Positions 25,631-39,808 of a DNA stretch of 64,000 nt are shown here, one piece after another. Each line of letters opens with the position of its first letter. Position 1 is the first letter of the stretch. The stretch is from Lama glama. Taxonomy: Eukaryota. Under the pieces are notes generated by a model. The model had not been told where the DNA came from, did no database searches, and was given only the letters and a program-made list of their open reading frames with translations. Both the position numbers and the translations under genes were made by a program. The DNA lies in the NCBI GenBank assembly GCA_028534125.1, contig CM052816.1, positions 24,430,001-24,494,000 of the forward strand. Direction: 5' to 3'.

Positions 25631-25785
25631 GTATTAGTTTGCTAGGGCTACCAGAACAAACCACAGACTAGGTGGCGTAAACAAAAGTTATTTTCTCACA
25701 CTTCTGGGGGCTGGAAGTCTAAAATCAAAGTGTCGGCAGGTTTGGTTTCTTCTAAGGCTTCTCTCCTTGGCTTGCAGATGCATCC
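25631..25785. mobile_element. MLT1 (MaLR) LTR fragment
   Basis: gtattagtttgctagggct...ttctcacacttctgggggctggaagtctaaaatcaaagtg. Confidence 0.8.
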
Positions 25786-28700
25786 ACAAGCAGAAAACTA
25801 ACTTTTCTCTTGCTAAAATTGTTTACTTTTGATGACATATGTTCTAGGGTCTTACCATGTTAAAAAAAAACTTGGGGAAAAGAGAAAGCAGGATGTGAGC
25901 ATGGCAGAGAAAATTCCTCTCTTCCACATTTGGTTATTTGGTTATTAAAACTTAAAAAACTTCTTTTCAGAGTCTTTATGACATTGGTGCTTTATAAGAG
26001 CCTGGTGGATTTTTCTTTAACTACAGAAATCCAGAGGTTGAAGAAATTTTAAGTTATTTTGATCTACATATATCTACATATATTAAATACCTTTTAAAGA
26101 GCTTTTAGCTTTTTTGACATAATAAAAGGTACTTTAAAGAAATCTATTTTAATAGATTTAATAGTTTCATTTGTTATTTTTGTGTTAAGTAGTGTGCATT
26201 TTTTGGCCTTACTTTCTGAAAGATAAGGTCTGAGTTATTCACTCACAAAGAGCCTGAAAGGATTCATTAGAAACAGCTAAGAGCAAAGGTGGAGCATCCA
26301 ACACAGCTGGGCAGGGCTGGCCTGCTGACACTACTGGCTGGTCTTCTGGTCCTGCTTGTCCTCAGGGTCAGGTTGGGACAAGCACTTTTCACCCTCAGCT
26401 ACAGTGAATGGATCCAATCCATCCAGGACAGCATCATCCAGGGAGGTGTGTCTAAAAAGAGTTGTCAGAGAGAGCAAGTGGCCTGAGGCAGGTATTGGGA
26501 CAGGTGCAGAGTCAGGGGAGTCAGATGCCTGAGGAGGTAAGAACAAGGAACGTGTCCAACAGAGCAGAGGAATGAGAAAGTTCTGGAGCCTAAAGCAGAG
26601 CTTTACGCTCTACTAATAGAATGTTGGTTGGGTAGGCTGAATGCTTTGAAACGTTCCAGAATAGAACACACAAGAAGTATAAGAAAGTTTAAATGACATT
26701 TGAGGTCAGTGTCACAAAACATGGAACAGAGCAGAGGCAGGTGGCTCCAACAAACCAAAATGAATTAGATTCAGTTATTTGAGAGAGCTGGTTCTAATAA
26801 ATTTTGAAAAATAGTGTTTAAGTAGGTTTAAAACTCTTGAACTTGGCTTAAGAGCTGGCATATGGGATTAAAGAAATGAGGATATTGGATATTTCTATTT
26901 AAAGTGTAATTTTTTTCTTAAAAATCGTTTAACTTTTCTTCATCGTCATCGTTGGTATTATGTTACTTTCTTAAAGTTTTAAAAAGAAACTGACTTCTGT
27001 TTTGTCATAGTACACATCTGTATAAAATACTCTGTAAGAAGAGGTGTTGTTTTTGTTTACTTAGTTTTTATTCCTGAAGCTTTCCATGCCCAAAAGGGAG
27101 TGCCTGCTACACTGTACAAAAGACTCCCATGATCATCTGGTAAATATATAATGAGGAAAGGCAAACAGCATCTTCAGGGCATGCCAAGACCTCTCAGGTA
27201 CGTGTCAGACACTTTATTTTGGCAAATTAGAACTTGTATATTTCTGTAATAAATAATGTGACCTGTTTATTTCTCAACTACTTAAAGAAAGGTGAAACTG
27301 TCTACTCCCCAAAATCAAATTCCAACCTGCTGAAACAGATCTACAGGATTATCTTTTATTTTAACAAAAGATAAATGTCATCAGAGAGCCATATCAATTT
27401 GGTTGTGTTGGTGTGGCATTTACAGAAAATCTCTCAAACATAGCCATCATATAATCTGCTTGAGTCAAGAAATTGGACTGACTCTGCAAATATTGAGGGT
27501 CTACTATAGGGACCATTACAGTTATGACATCCAGTGAAAACTCTGGAATAATATTGGCTAGGTTTCATATTTCTAAATAGTTGGACTCTTTTAGTTACTC
27601 AGTTAAATCCACTTAGAATCAAAACCTTAGGACATTTAGTGGAATTACCCAAAGGAAATAATAGCAATAGCAGACTAAAGTGTTGATTTAGTGGCAGTAT
27701 CAATTCATCAAAATTCTTTAAAAACAGATTGATTAAAAAACAGATTATTGATTCAAAGAACATGAGACAAATTCTTTTCTGTTCTTTGAATGTCCAGAAT
27801 ATGCAGAAAGAATTAGCAAACTACAACTAGAATATACAAAAGTTGCAGTCATGGACTTTTCCAAAGAGTTCATTTTTAAAGCGTGTACTTTTTAGACTCA
27901 AATAGCCAAAGGATACTTATGGTTGAAGGTTAAATAAATATGCTTTTAGAGGGGGGAAAAAAACCAATGAATCTGCCAAGAGATCTAATTGTTTTCTTCT
28001 TAACAAGCCCTATTTTCAAAACTGCCAGAAACCCACAGAAAACTGCAACTTGTGAAGGGAATCTTCCCAGTGCTCCAATAGGAGTGAAGTCTCCTGGGCT
28101 TTCTTTTCACTGGAATTTATAGCCCATTAGGGATGATGTCTCAGTGGAGTAAGTGCTTAGCACCACTCAGGCTGGAATCTCACCATCCATAAACATCTCA
28201 AAAATATGCATCTAAGCCAGCCTCGGCTAGAAGCCAAGACAATACAGTAATCCACTCGGACAGCTGCGAGGGTGAAGCTGGGTCAGAGATAAGCAGCACT
28301 TGGCTGACCTGACAAGCTCAGACCTGGGTCTGTGCAGCACAGGTGTCCTGGCTGTGCCTGCCTAAGGCTCCGAGACTCCAGGATCCAACCTCTGTTACTG
28401 TAACTACGCTCACCCCAGATACTTAACATTTGCCCAAGTGAATAAATGTTCCTAAATTCATGCAGGGATACCGAATATAGCTGCTGAAATAAAATCCTCA
28501 GTGTTTTTCATTTTTAATTGGAACTTTAAGTTTCTCCCAAGTTCTGTTTCATGTATTCAAAAAATATATATTGAGTGCTTCCTATGTGTTAGGGTTTTCT
28601 TTATGGTTAAGTCAAATAGAGGAAAGAGAGCAGCCGAGGTTTGCCCTGTTCGGTTTTCTTCCAAGTGAACCAACTGCCAAAGGAGTCTGCAGTTTAGACT

Positions 28701-28979
28701 TGATGTTTTCTATGGCAGCCACCAGCTGTGAGGAAACAAAGTATCAGAGCTTACTGGTGACAGATGGAAGTAATGGCTTGGGTTCAAAAAAAGTTGCAAG
28801 TTTATAGACCAACAACATACAAAAAGCAAATTACTTTGGTGACACAATGCTTAAGGTATGCAGTTGTATAAAAGCATAATTTAGATAAGCCACTTGGTGT
28901 TGCCAAAATACTAGTAGATTTGAAAATTAAAATATTGTGATTATGAAATAGGTTAGCACCCTCCATATACTCCCTACCT

Positions 28980-29500
28980 CTAGTGTAGTAACCAGTGTGC
29001 TTTCCTCTGCAAGTGACAGAAACCCACCTCAAAACCATTTGAGCATACGAGAGTGTACCATCTTGTGTGTAACTGGTAAGTTTCAGAATGACAGATCCAG
29101 GGTCTCAGATGAGCTTGTCAGGTCTCTCCACTTAGTTCTTTCACTGTTCTGGACCTATTCTCTTCTATGCAGGTGGGCTTTTTCCACAAGGCAGGGAAAT
29201 TATCAGACAATCTCCCCCAGTTAAGATCTGCCCCCATATCCATAAAGCAAAAAGCAAAGTGCTTTTCCCTCCAACTCTAAATGTGAAATCCCAAGAGGGA
29301 TTTTCATTGGCCTGACTGGGTTGCATGCCCTTGACTACTAAAGTCAGGTAAATGGGATACTGGGAATGTCTGGAATGAACGTTTTGTGCCCACTATGGAA
29401 CAGGGTCCTGGTTTAGCTGCCTGACCAAAATCACACGATTGCACTGCTGTGGGAGAGAACCAGTCTCCCAAAGGAAGAGCTACATAGACAGAGCCAAAAG
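28980..29500. mobile_element. Ancient MLT1J-like LTR
   Basis: ctgcaagtgacagaaacccacctcaaa...cattggcctgactgggttgcatgccc motifs. Confidence 0.55.
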
Positions 29501-29607
29501 ACATTCCTGAAGATGCCAACTTCAAATCTGCCCTTACTTTTTGGTTCATCTATGTTCCATTGAATGTTTGACTAATACAATTATATTCTGGCTCATTGGT
29601 TCGTACA

Positions 29608-29742
29608 CTTTAACACGCATCAGAAACATCTAGACGCCTTATGAAAACACAGATCGCTGGGGACCACCCTAGGGTTTCTGGTCCGCAGTCTCTTTCCAAG
29701 TGATGCTGCTGATCTGAGGACCACATGTTGAGAACCACTGTC
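29608..29742. mobile_element. MER5-like hAT MITE
   Basis: gcatcagaaacatct...gatgctgctgatctgaggaccacatgttgagaaccactg. Confidence 0.7.
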
Positions 29743-30044
29743 TTGAGACTGACTTTTTAAATTGTCAAAGAGCTTCTTATCCAAATAAATATTCCTTGAT
29801 ATATCTCTCAGGTAACAATCTCTCCAGTCTTCAAGGAACATGTCATCCCGATGCTAATTAGCATTGTGGCCTTGAGCAAGTTACTTATCCACCCTGCCAA
29901 TATTTTCTCGTGTGAAATGGAAATAATGGTACTTACTTCATGATTGTTGCAGAGATTAAATGAATTAATGTAATACACTTAAAAGTACGTGTAATAAATA
30001 AGTATGTGATGTATAAATATGTATGTAACATACAAGTGTTTCCA

Positions 30045-30410
30045 AGTATTTAAACTGCTCTGGAAAATAGAAGAGAAATCATCCAAAGTATTTTATAATG
30101 GAATCAAAAACATTAAAATCAAATCCTGAAAAGGATTATGCACACCAGTCTCACCTATGAATTAACCATGAAAATCCTAAATAGAATATTAGCAAATAGA
30201 ATCCAGCTATACATTAAAAAAATACAATATCACAACCAAGTGGGTTTTATTCCCAAGTCGCGAAGCTAGTTCAGCTAGATCTATTAATATAGTTACTACA
30301 GCAATAAGTCTGAAGCAAAAAAATCATACAGTCATTTCAAATGCTGGAAAGATAATCAATACTGACTCCTGGTGAAATTTTTTAGTGAAGTCAGAATAGA
30401 TGAATAGTAG
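30045..30410 (+). mobile_element. Ancient L1 ORF2 fragment
   Basis: aaaatcctaaatagaatattagcaaatagaatccag ([12 protein letters not shown]) ...caccaagtgggttttattcc-type L1 RT-region sequence. Confidence 0.75.
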
Positions 30411-31147
30411 ACATTTGTCATTTCTGTTTTTAGCTATCCAGCATCAGCTTCCTATTCTGAGGTATGGAGTTTGTGTGAATCTTGGTGGGACATTGTCTTC
30501 ATATCTTTTCCACAAGAAAAGCCAGGCACTTGCTTTCCCTGACCCTGGGAGCCACAGAGCAAGCACCAACCCAGACTAGGTCAACCAGAGACCCTTGCCT
30601 GGGACTTTGAGTCAGGAGTGAGTAATGCAAAGAAGCAGAGATGAATAGGATCTGCGGGGGAGGCAGGAGGCATCTCAAACTGACTGCTCTTGAGGCATAA
30701 TTTGGTCTGCAGTCTGGCTTCCCGGCATTTTTTTTCTTGCAAAACAGACAAAATTTGAATTTTATGCTAAAAAGATCACTATTACTGTGTCTTTCGAAGG
30801 TGGGAAAAAAGCATTCCAGGTAGAGGTAATAGAATGCATTAAGTTTGTTCTGATGACCCAAGGGATAAAACTAGTAACAATGTTTAGATGCTCCAGAAAG
30901 TCAAAGAAAATTGGCAAGACCATTACTGGCATTTAGACAGAGGATGCTTGGTCTCCACTTGGTAGGAAAGTTGCAGAGAAGGTTCAAATATCAGTTGGGT
31001 ACTTGGACCAGATAAATGCATGTTTACAAACCAGAGATTTATTAATGAATGCTTCTCAGTTCAAGAATAAACAAAACCCAAAATTTCAGAAGAGTCCCCA
31101 ATTTTATGATTCCTAGTCTTTCTTGTTCTTTTGGTCTGAGTTTGCGT

Positions 31148-31365
31148 CTTTCTTTTTTAATTGAGTTATAGTCAGTTTACAATGTTGTGTCAATTTCTGG
31201 TATACCGCACAATTCTTCAATCATTCATGAATATACATATATTCATTTTCATATTATTTTTCACCATGAGCTACTATAAGATATTGAATATATTTCCCTG
31301 TACTATACAGTATAAACTTGTGTGTGTATATATACTCCCAATTTATCCCTTCCCACACCCCTCCC
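31148..31365 (-). mobile_element. 5'-truncated young L1 3' end
   Basis: Reverse complement of the same L1 3' UTR seen at 6500-6700 and 42499-42690 (gtcagtttacaatgttgtgtcaatttctgg). Confidence 0.88.
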
Positions 31366-33442
31366 TGAGTTTGTATCTTGAGCCTTCCCAGGAATTCTGT
31401 GGGCTATCAAATCGCCTTCCAAAATTTTCTTCCCTTAAGCTACCCAGATTCTGTTTGGAGTTTTGAAAACAAAAATTTTGACTAGTGCAAGATGAATATC
31501 TTCTTGACCTGACTTAGAAAGTGTATATCTCAAATCAAAAGCCAACATTCTATTTAATGATGAAACATCAGGAAACATTGCCATTAATGTCAGCAATAAG
31601 GCCAGGCGGTCTCTATGATCATCTACCACATGACTCTCCAGATTGTTTTAGGGAGTGGGTGTCAGAGATCGGCTCTCATTTCGTCAAAGCCTTGTGAACA
31701 GGGTGTGGGCAAGCAAGCTGAGTGGCCAGTTGAAAGCCTGAATCAAGTCAAGGAGAGAGCCCCACATACCAGGCCACGGGAGCTACAGCAGACGAACTTG
31801 ATAATACGGCTTATCATGTCTTAAAAGGCTTAACAAATGTTCATACCCTTCTCTCAGCAATTTACTTCCAGGGATTTGGCCTAATAAAATAACCAAGGCT
31901 GAGAACAAAGACTTGTGTGTGTTAAGAGGAGAAAATTTGCACCTGGTCCTGATAGACAACAAGCAGTCTGTCTTTTAAGTAGGAAACTACTTTCTTTTTT
32001 GTCTCCTTCTTCCTCCACTCCCCTTTTCTCCACCTTCCTTCCACTCCTGGTCCTCCTCTCCTTCATCCTCCTCCTCCTCCCCACCCCCTCACCCTCTCTT
32101 TAATTTTATCTTACCTTAATAAGCCTTTTAGTTAGAAGACAGAAGTCTTGGGCTAGTCTGAATGGGATAGGTTGAAAAAGTAATAAGGTAAGTGCTTACT
32201 TAGGGAATTTTTAGGTTTGACTTTGAAGTTCCAAGTGGTGGAAGCTCTTGGTTTAAGAATCATGAGACAATGTGGTGAAGAACTCTCAGGATGGGGAAAT
32301 GGACCCCAAGATCCTGGAAGCAACTGGGAGCTTTGAGCAAGAGATGAAAAGTAAGGAAGTGCTCTGTGGCCAAGAACAGTTAGTAAACTGGAGGACCAGC
32401 AATGTCTGATCAGCTCAAATTTCATTCTTTTTCTACAAGTAATTTCTGTAGAATTTCTGTTAAAATCTATAAAACATAAAAGCCTAAAGATGGCTGTGTC
32501 TTGAGCTTGCGTTCGTGGGGAGCAAACAGAAGCACACAGGGACGATCTGGAAATGGCCTGAGACGTAAGCAGAGAGGAGGCGGGACTGAGATAACAGGAC
32601 ACCTCCAGGGGAATTTAAACACCACCTCCCATCCAGGAGTTCTCACAACTGCTGGGAGAGCACCAAGCCTCCTGCATTCACAGGGGAACAAGACACAGTT
32701 ATTTTGTTTCTGTAGTGAAGAAAAGGCTAATCCTGAAGGTAAGGGAATTTGGAGACATTCCAATTACATATGTGCAAGAGTATTTAGCGCATCATTATGT
32801 ATACTCAGACCTTCAAAACAACCTGAAATTTCAGATGTCAAGTCAGAATTCTCAAATGCACTGTCTACCCTACCACAGTTTGGAGAAGGACAGATCCAGC
32901 TCCAGCTCTGGGTCCCTCGTGGCCCATCCACTTTCTCTTCCAGCTCCCAGCTCTATTCTGGCCATAAGGGGGCTGTGTACACCCATGGGAACATCTTATC
33001 CTCATGTCCAAGTTCTAACCACATGCTTGCCCTCCCCTCAGGGCTAACAGCAAACACACCAGTGGTGTGGTCCATTCTTGGGAGAACAGATTGGGGGACA
33101 CAGGGCCCAGTCAGTCAGAGCTCAAAAATGAACTTCTCAAGGCAATTTGGGCAGGGAGTTTTGGATATGCAGGGCACACTTGAAGGAGGAATTGGGACAG
33201 AAAGGGACCTATCAGGAGAGGTCTGGTTCGAGGTCTGGTTCAAGTTCTGGATCAAATCCAAAAAAAGCTTTTTGAGGATGATCTATCTTAAGCTTTGTTT
33301 CCTGTGTGATTTGAGCAGTCTTGTTATGGGTACAAGGATATCTGAGTACAGGCATACTGAAGAGGGAAAAATACAATCCTAAAGATGTTAGTAAGAAAAA
33401 GGAGATAACTAGGTAATGTAGAAGATGACCCCGTAAATTACA

Positions 33443-34293
33443 GGTTTCCTGGCAGGAGGAGTCGGTGCCTGCCCACTGCTGGATGAAGTTTGGTCCGGGA
33501 CCTCTGGTGGGTAGGGCCATGTCTAGAGGTGTTTGTGGCTCAGGAAGTCTGCTGATGGGTGGGCTGAGTTACCACCCAGTATGTTGTTTGGCCTGAGGCT
33601 TCCCAGCCCTTAAACCTACAGGCTGTTGAGTGGGTCTAGTCTTGGTGCTAATCATCCAAACAAGATGTCAGCCTCCAGGAAAGCTCATGTAGATTAACAC
33701 TCCTGGAATGTCTGCCACTAGCTTTTATGTCCCCTGGGTGAGCAGCAGCCATCCCCTACCTCCCCAGGAGACCCTCCAAAACAGGCAGGCAGGTCCAGCC
33801 CAGGCTCCCGAAATCACTGCCTCTGCTCTTGGACCTGGCACTTGGCAGATTCTGTGTGTACTTCCCAAGAGAATGAAGTCTGTTTCCTCCAGTCCTGTGG
33901 GGCTCCTGGAGCTAAGCCCTGCTGGCCTTCACAACCACATGTCCTGGGGTCTCCTCCTCTTCCCAATGCTGGAGCCCCAGGCTGGGGAGCCTGAGCTGGG
34001 GCTCAGAACTCTCACTCCTGTGGGAGGGCCTCTGTGACTTAATTACTCTTCAGCTTGTGGGTCGCCCACCCCAGAGGAGTATGGAGTCCAATTATATCGC
34101 AAGCACGCCCCTCCTATCGTCCTGCTGTGGTTCCCTCTTTATGTTTCCAGCTGAAGATCTTTTTTTTGCTAGGTTCCAGTCTTTTTTATTTTTTTCCCCG
34201 ATGGTTGCTTTAGCAGTCAGTTGCGGTTTTGTTGTAATCGCGAGGAGAGGCGAGCTCTTGGTCCTACTACTCCACCCTCTTGACTGGAAATCC
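33443..34293 (-). mobile_element. Isolated L1 5' UTR (laurasiatherian L1 5'-end type)
   Basis: On minus it begins ...tcaagagggtggagtagtaggac, resembling the caagatggcggagtag YY1 start of L1 5' ends. GC-richer UTR with characteristic ccaggctggggagcctga...gggctcagaactctcactcctgtgggag. Confidence 0.7.
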
Positions 34294-35429
34294 TAAATTA
34301 CTAATTTAGGTTTTTAGCAGAAAGCCTTCTTCTGTTCAGGTATTCCTAGGTTGTACCTGGAAATCTTAGGATTCCCAGCACCATGAACCTTCTCCAGAGG
34401 CATCTGTTTTATAGCTAGAGTTTACTGAATTCTATTTTCTAAACCTTGTTTTTATACGGATCATTTCACAGCTGCCCAGTGAGGTAGGTGCTGTTATCAT
34501 CTCCAATGCCGAGATGAGGAAGAAGAGGCTTTGAGAAGTAATGTGACTGGGAGGTGAACCCGGGCAGATAGGCCCCAGAACCCCCAATCCTAACCACTAA
34601 GTGGCAATTTCCTAGTTTAAAAATCCAGAATGAACTTAAAAACTTGTCATCTGGGTCAAAGGGACTGCCGCTCTCCTAGCTTGGTTCAGTAGTGTAATAT
34701 GGGCATCCTTGCCTTTTTTCCAGCACCCTTCCTGGGGTCGCATCAAGTCTTTCCACGCTTCTTGATTATGCCTCTCTCCTGGCAGCCCAGTGTAGTATAA
34801 AGAGTTTAAGCCTTGGGGTCACACAGGTCAGAACTTAGCTTGCACCTGGGGACTGGCTATGTGTTTGAGCCTAAAAGGCTGTTTCTTCAATTGGGAGTTC
34901 AGGCACTATGACTGATCAGAGCGAATATTGCTCCTCCTTGCTCCCTGAAACACCTTGCAGAACTGTTAAGAGTGTGAGAAGGGTCTGTGCTAGTGAGACA
35001 CAATTTCAGCCACGTTGCTTTGGATACGATGAACAATGGCCTGTCATGGCAACAGATGTGTAGAAGTTGCTCTGATTATCCAGGTTTCAGCTGGGGTACT
35101 GGGCCCCCTCCCTCTGGCTGCAGCAATAGCATCATGGAGGCTCATTCTACTCTAGAGCAACTATCTTTAGATGTGGATGTCCCCAAGTGCAAGTGAGGGG
35201 GTAGAGGGTGGGCAAATGAGTTTTGCCTCCAGCAATGAGACCCGAGCAAGGTGGGCTGCCCCTTGAAGTGAAGCACTGAAACCATGCAAGTCCATTTCAC
35301 CTGCCTTCGCTAATTAAGGTGGTTTCAAGGCACGCATATCCTCCAAGCAGCACCTAGCCTAGAGATGCTTGCCCAAGTTGTCTTCCAGGAACTTGGAAGT
35401 CACACAGTCAGCTGTGTCTAGTTCCAGTT

Positions 35430-35852
35430 GAGCTGGTTAAGACTGAACAAGACTGCCAGCCCTCCAACTGGGCATGTGTGAGTGTCTGCTTGGTGACCTT
35501 TTTGAAGTCAGAGGGCCCAAAACTCCACCCTCAGACAGTGCTAAGCACCTCCACTTTTGAATGTGCAGAAGCCTGTAGCTTAGCCACGCTTGCGCAGAAT
35601 GTAGATTACCACACCTTTTTTCCACTCACCTTTCCCCTGGCTCCTGACTCCCCACCCTTCCCACGCCTCAGACCACCATGCTGCTTTATTCTTTAAGTAC
35701 CCTGAGCCCTTGTCTTTGGGGAGGTGGATCTGAGACTTGTTTTTACTTCTCCTGCCTGGCTGTCTTGCAAATTAACCCTCTCTTTGCTTCAAACCTCAGC
35801 ATAGCACTGTTTGGCTTGCTGGGCATTGGGCAAAACAAATTTGGTTCATAGC
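35430..35852 (+). mobile_element. ERV1-type solo LTR
   Basis: TATA-like ctttaagtaccc, R/U5-like tcttgcaaattaaccctctctttgc...ttggttcatagca ending in CA; the 5' boundary is uncertain. Confidence 0.6.
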
Positions 35853-38799
35853 AGCACTTTGAGAGATTCCTAAACATATTGGGATTGGGGGTATGGGGAC
35901 CAAGGGGTAGAAATTGAACTTGGTGATAATCTGAGGTTATATGCAAGTGGGAGACATTGCTTCCACCCCAAATCATCATAAGTAAACTCTTACATTATGA
36001 CGAGAACTGGGCATTTGTGCTGTTGCTCTGAGGTACTGGAATCTACACTCTGGACATTGACAATGACTTTAAAGATTGTGTCATTAATGACACACCCAAT
36101 ATTTAAACCTTCTTGCCGGGAGTTGTCCAGCCTATTTCAACAGATCTCAAGACTAGGATTCACTGTTCTGAAGCACCTCATTCTACATTTGGAAACATTA
36201 ATAAAATAGGATCTTGAAAATTAAGCCTGCATTTGTCTCTGTGTAATATGCACCCTTTGGCTCTACATCTTGAGGCAATTAAGGCTAAGTCTAATCTACC
36301 CTCCACAAAATACCATTGAAAATGTAAAGGCAGCCAGTCTAGCTGAGGCATCACTCTTCAAAGCTAAACGTTAGTGCTCAGGTTAGTTTGTGCCACTGTT
36401 CCTTGTGTGACATGTGTCAAGGATCTCCCTGCTCCTGATTTTTCAGAGTACTTTGCAGTTGTCTCTTTTCCTTATAGACATGACATTCAGAATTGAACGT
36501 CACGTTTCTGGAGAGAGAGAGCAATTATCATCCCTGGTTTTCTATTAGTGCAGATCAAGATCATAGTTTCTTTTTTTTTTTTTTTTTTGGTGGAAACCTC
36601 AAAATGGGTGTATACTGATATAACCGCTGCCTGCATTCCCTAAATCACTCTGACATGAGCTGCTGCTAAACCCTGCTTTTGCTTTGCTCAAGGCAGCTGC
36701 TGGGCTCCTGTGAGACTCAAATGCCCTCAGGGGTAAGTTCTAGCAACAGAGGAAACAGTCTATCCAATATTATTAAGTCTCTGTCTCCAGATTCCAAACA
36801 ATCTAATGTTTTCAGTCGCCAGTTGGATCTTTTCAGAAAAGAATAATTAAGTACCTTTTAAAATGCCAGAGAGGATGACAGTTTCTCTAATGTTTTAGCA
36901 ATTATGCCTTGCTATGCAAATACAGAAACAGCCTGAGTTAAAGTCATTCTTTTGGTTTTCACATAGAATTTAGGTTTAATGTAGAAGTATCTTTACTATT
37001 TCAGTTCTGAAAACAATAAAGTCTCAGGAAAAAATAGAATATTTGTATTAAGCTTAAAGACTAATTTTTGAGATCCTGTCAGGAAACCAGCTACTTTCAT
37101 GATCACAAAGTCTAACTCAAAATAGAAAACTAAAATTCAGTTTTAGTCTTCGAGGGTTTTAAAAAGATTAAAATTAGAGTAAGTGTGTGCAATGTGTAGG
37201 AAACCTTACAAGATTTTTCCAAGCACTGAATTGTAGCCCCTTTGTCTAAGTGTAGCTTAGGTAAGTGTTAAAAACCTCAGAGATCAATGTTACACAGGAT
37301 GTCAGCGCTAAGATCATGGTGCTGGGAACTGCCAGGGCTTGCATATCTGTCCAGCAGAGGAAGTGGAATTTGTCAAGTTCTTACAAATAAGAGAGTTTCT
37401 AGGTTTTTTAAAAGCCTATTTGGTTCATTTAAGAATTTTACAAATAATTCAGCTGAAACTAGTTTATGAGTTCAAAACACATTACTTCATACTTCATCAT
37501 TCTTCAGTATTTTAAATCACATTTGGCCTCAAGATAATCATAACCTTATCCAACATGTAATGTCGTAAAGGGAAGATTACAGGGTATTTTGGGCCAACTT
37601 TTGTGTTTATGTACTTGAAATATTTCATATTTCTAAAAGTAGAGAAAGGCAACATGTTTCATTTGAAAACTCTTTGAAAAAAATACCAAATAATAGAACA
37701 AAACTATTGATGTTAAAGTAGTCACCCTGCAAAAAGACAACTGTCTTACGGGTGGGCAGACGGACAGGTTACGTCTAGGACTGGCTGTTCCTCTCCAGCT
37801 TCCCTGGAGACAAAGGTCCTGGGTGGAATCTCTGGAGGTGGAGTTTGCAGAGTTAGGTGGTGTTCTTTAAAATGCAAGCTGAGAAGTAACTGCAGAGCCC
37901 CTCTACCCTTCCCTGTCCTTAAGCTCTGCCTCCTCCTGATGGCCCAACCCCCGGTGGGAACCCATTGGAGAGTGTGTCTCCCCAGTACCTAACTCAGTGG
38001 GAGATGGCTCCCTGCTTGTGTCTGGTCCAGTCTTGCTCAGAAGAGGGCTCAGTGACAGCTACAGAAAGGCCAGCTGAACCCATGCAGCCAGTGGGGTGGG
38101 AGACGGCAAATCCTTTCCTGGGAAAGAGGCTAATCGTTCCCGACAGACAAACAGTGGGTAGTAGACTGACTGCTCTGGGTGTCAGAGAGGAGAAGGGGAA
38201 TGCCCAGACAAGGATAACTGACACGGCGACATGGCAGAGCACAGAATCATCCACTCCTGCCTGGAGACTGGATAGCCTCTGGGAGCTGACCTGCCACTCA
38301 CACTGGGCCTCCTTGTTCAAACTGAACACTGATGCCTTTCTCTGCCCTGTGTGGTGTCTCCCCTCTTTCTCTCCTTTCCTTTAGTGGAATCTTAATTTGG
38401 TCAGAAGGTCAAAAGGGGTGGGTAGCGAGAAGAGCACAGGGAACTATAAAAGTGTATCTGAATTTTTTCAGTCTTTACTGAGACCATTGGCTTTCTAACT
38501 TCAACATGCCAGTAGTGGAACCCACCCTCTGAAGCAAGAGTGACTCATTTGTAGCTGCTGGGAGAGGTCCTCAAGGTACAAGTGAAGAACTTCAGTGAGT
38601 GCCAGGCAGGTGGGAAGGAATGGAAACTACACATTATTTATCCTTTAAGTTTCCTACGACTAAATGACTTTAGAGAGAATGGCAATGGATAACCTGTAAT
38701 TCATAATTGACTAAAAATATTTATATGGATAGTTCTTCTAGGTTCTATACATAAATAAGAAAAAGCACATTAAAAAAAGATAACACTTAATTAAAATGT

Positions 38800-39306
38800 A
38801 TGGGACAGCCACATGTAAATCAGTAAAGTTAGAATACTCTCTTACACACCATACACAAAAATAAACCCCAAATAGCTTAAAGACTTAAACATAAGACAGA
38901 CCACCATAAATCTCTTAGAAGAGAACACAGGCAAAACATTCTCTGATATAAATTGTCACAATGTTCTCCTAAAGCAGTCTACCAAGGCAATAGAAATAAA
39001 GGCAAAAATAAACAAATAGGACCTAATTAAACGTATAAGCTTTTCACAGCAAAGGAAATCGTAAGTAAAACAAAAACACAACCTATGAGCTGGGAGAAAA
39101 TATTTCCAAACTATACAACTGACAAGGGTTCAATTTCCAGAATATACAAACAGCTCATTACAACACAATAAAAAAACAAACAACCCACTCAAAAGATGGG
39201 CAGAAGACCTAAACAGACATTTCTCCAATGAATACATATAAATGGCCAATAGGCACATGAAAAGATGCTCAATGTTGTTAATTATCAGAGAAATGCAAAT
39301 CAAAAA
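38800..39306 (+). mobile_element. L1 ORF2 internal fragment
   Basis: caccatacacaaaaataaac...[20 protein letters not shown], the ORF2 C-terminal region. Confidence 0.9.
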
Positions 39307-39546
39307 TTTTTTTAACTTTAAAATCCCAGCTATTCCCCACCCTCCACATGTCACCCCAACATCCTACTTCCATTTCCCATTTCCCAGAACAATGCTTTTA
39401 AACTGTTTTTGCACATTCTTTTGATACATATCTCTGTGTCTCTAAGTAATGTGCTTACAATATCATTTCTCGAATTCCCAATTTTAGGCATTATCTATTG
39501 ATTTCGCATTATGGGGAGATGAGGAATTAACATGAGTCTAGCTCTG

Positions 39547-39580
<34 letters not shown>

Positions 39581-39808
39581 TTCTCATTCCCCTTGTCTCC
39601 AAATAAAGTTATATTTTAAGAGTGCTATATAAGTAACCACAATTTCATTATTATGACTGTGTAAACACTATTTACCATTGAGCCAGGTGGTATACTTTGA
39701 ATGTTCTCCCTTTCCTGTACAGCATTCCATCCTGCCCTAACTCCACTCCATTCCCCTAGCTTTAATAATTACCTTTTTTCCCATTTGCGTAATTTTCTCT
39801 GCATGGTA

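Noticed and set aside
33218..33253. Short tandem gaggtctggttc repeats; similar small duplications near 10640, 14128, 26062 and 53871
   Set aside because: Two- to three-copy slippage duplications without unique spacers. Not CRISPR-like or otherwise structured arrays.
32501..33382. Longest gap-free ORF (293 aa)
   Set aside because: Non-ATG start, no recognisable domain, and no clear promoter or splice context. Treated as a chance ORF; PhyloCSF or BLASTP could overturn this.
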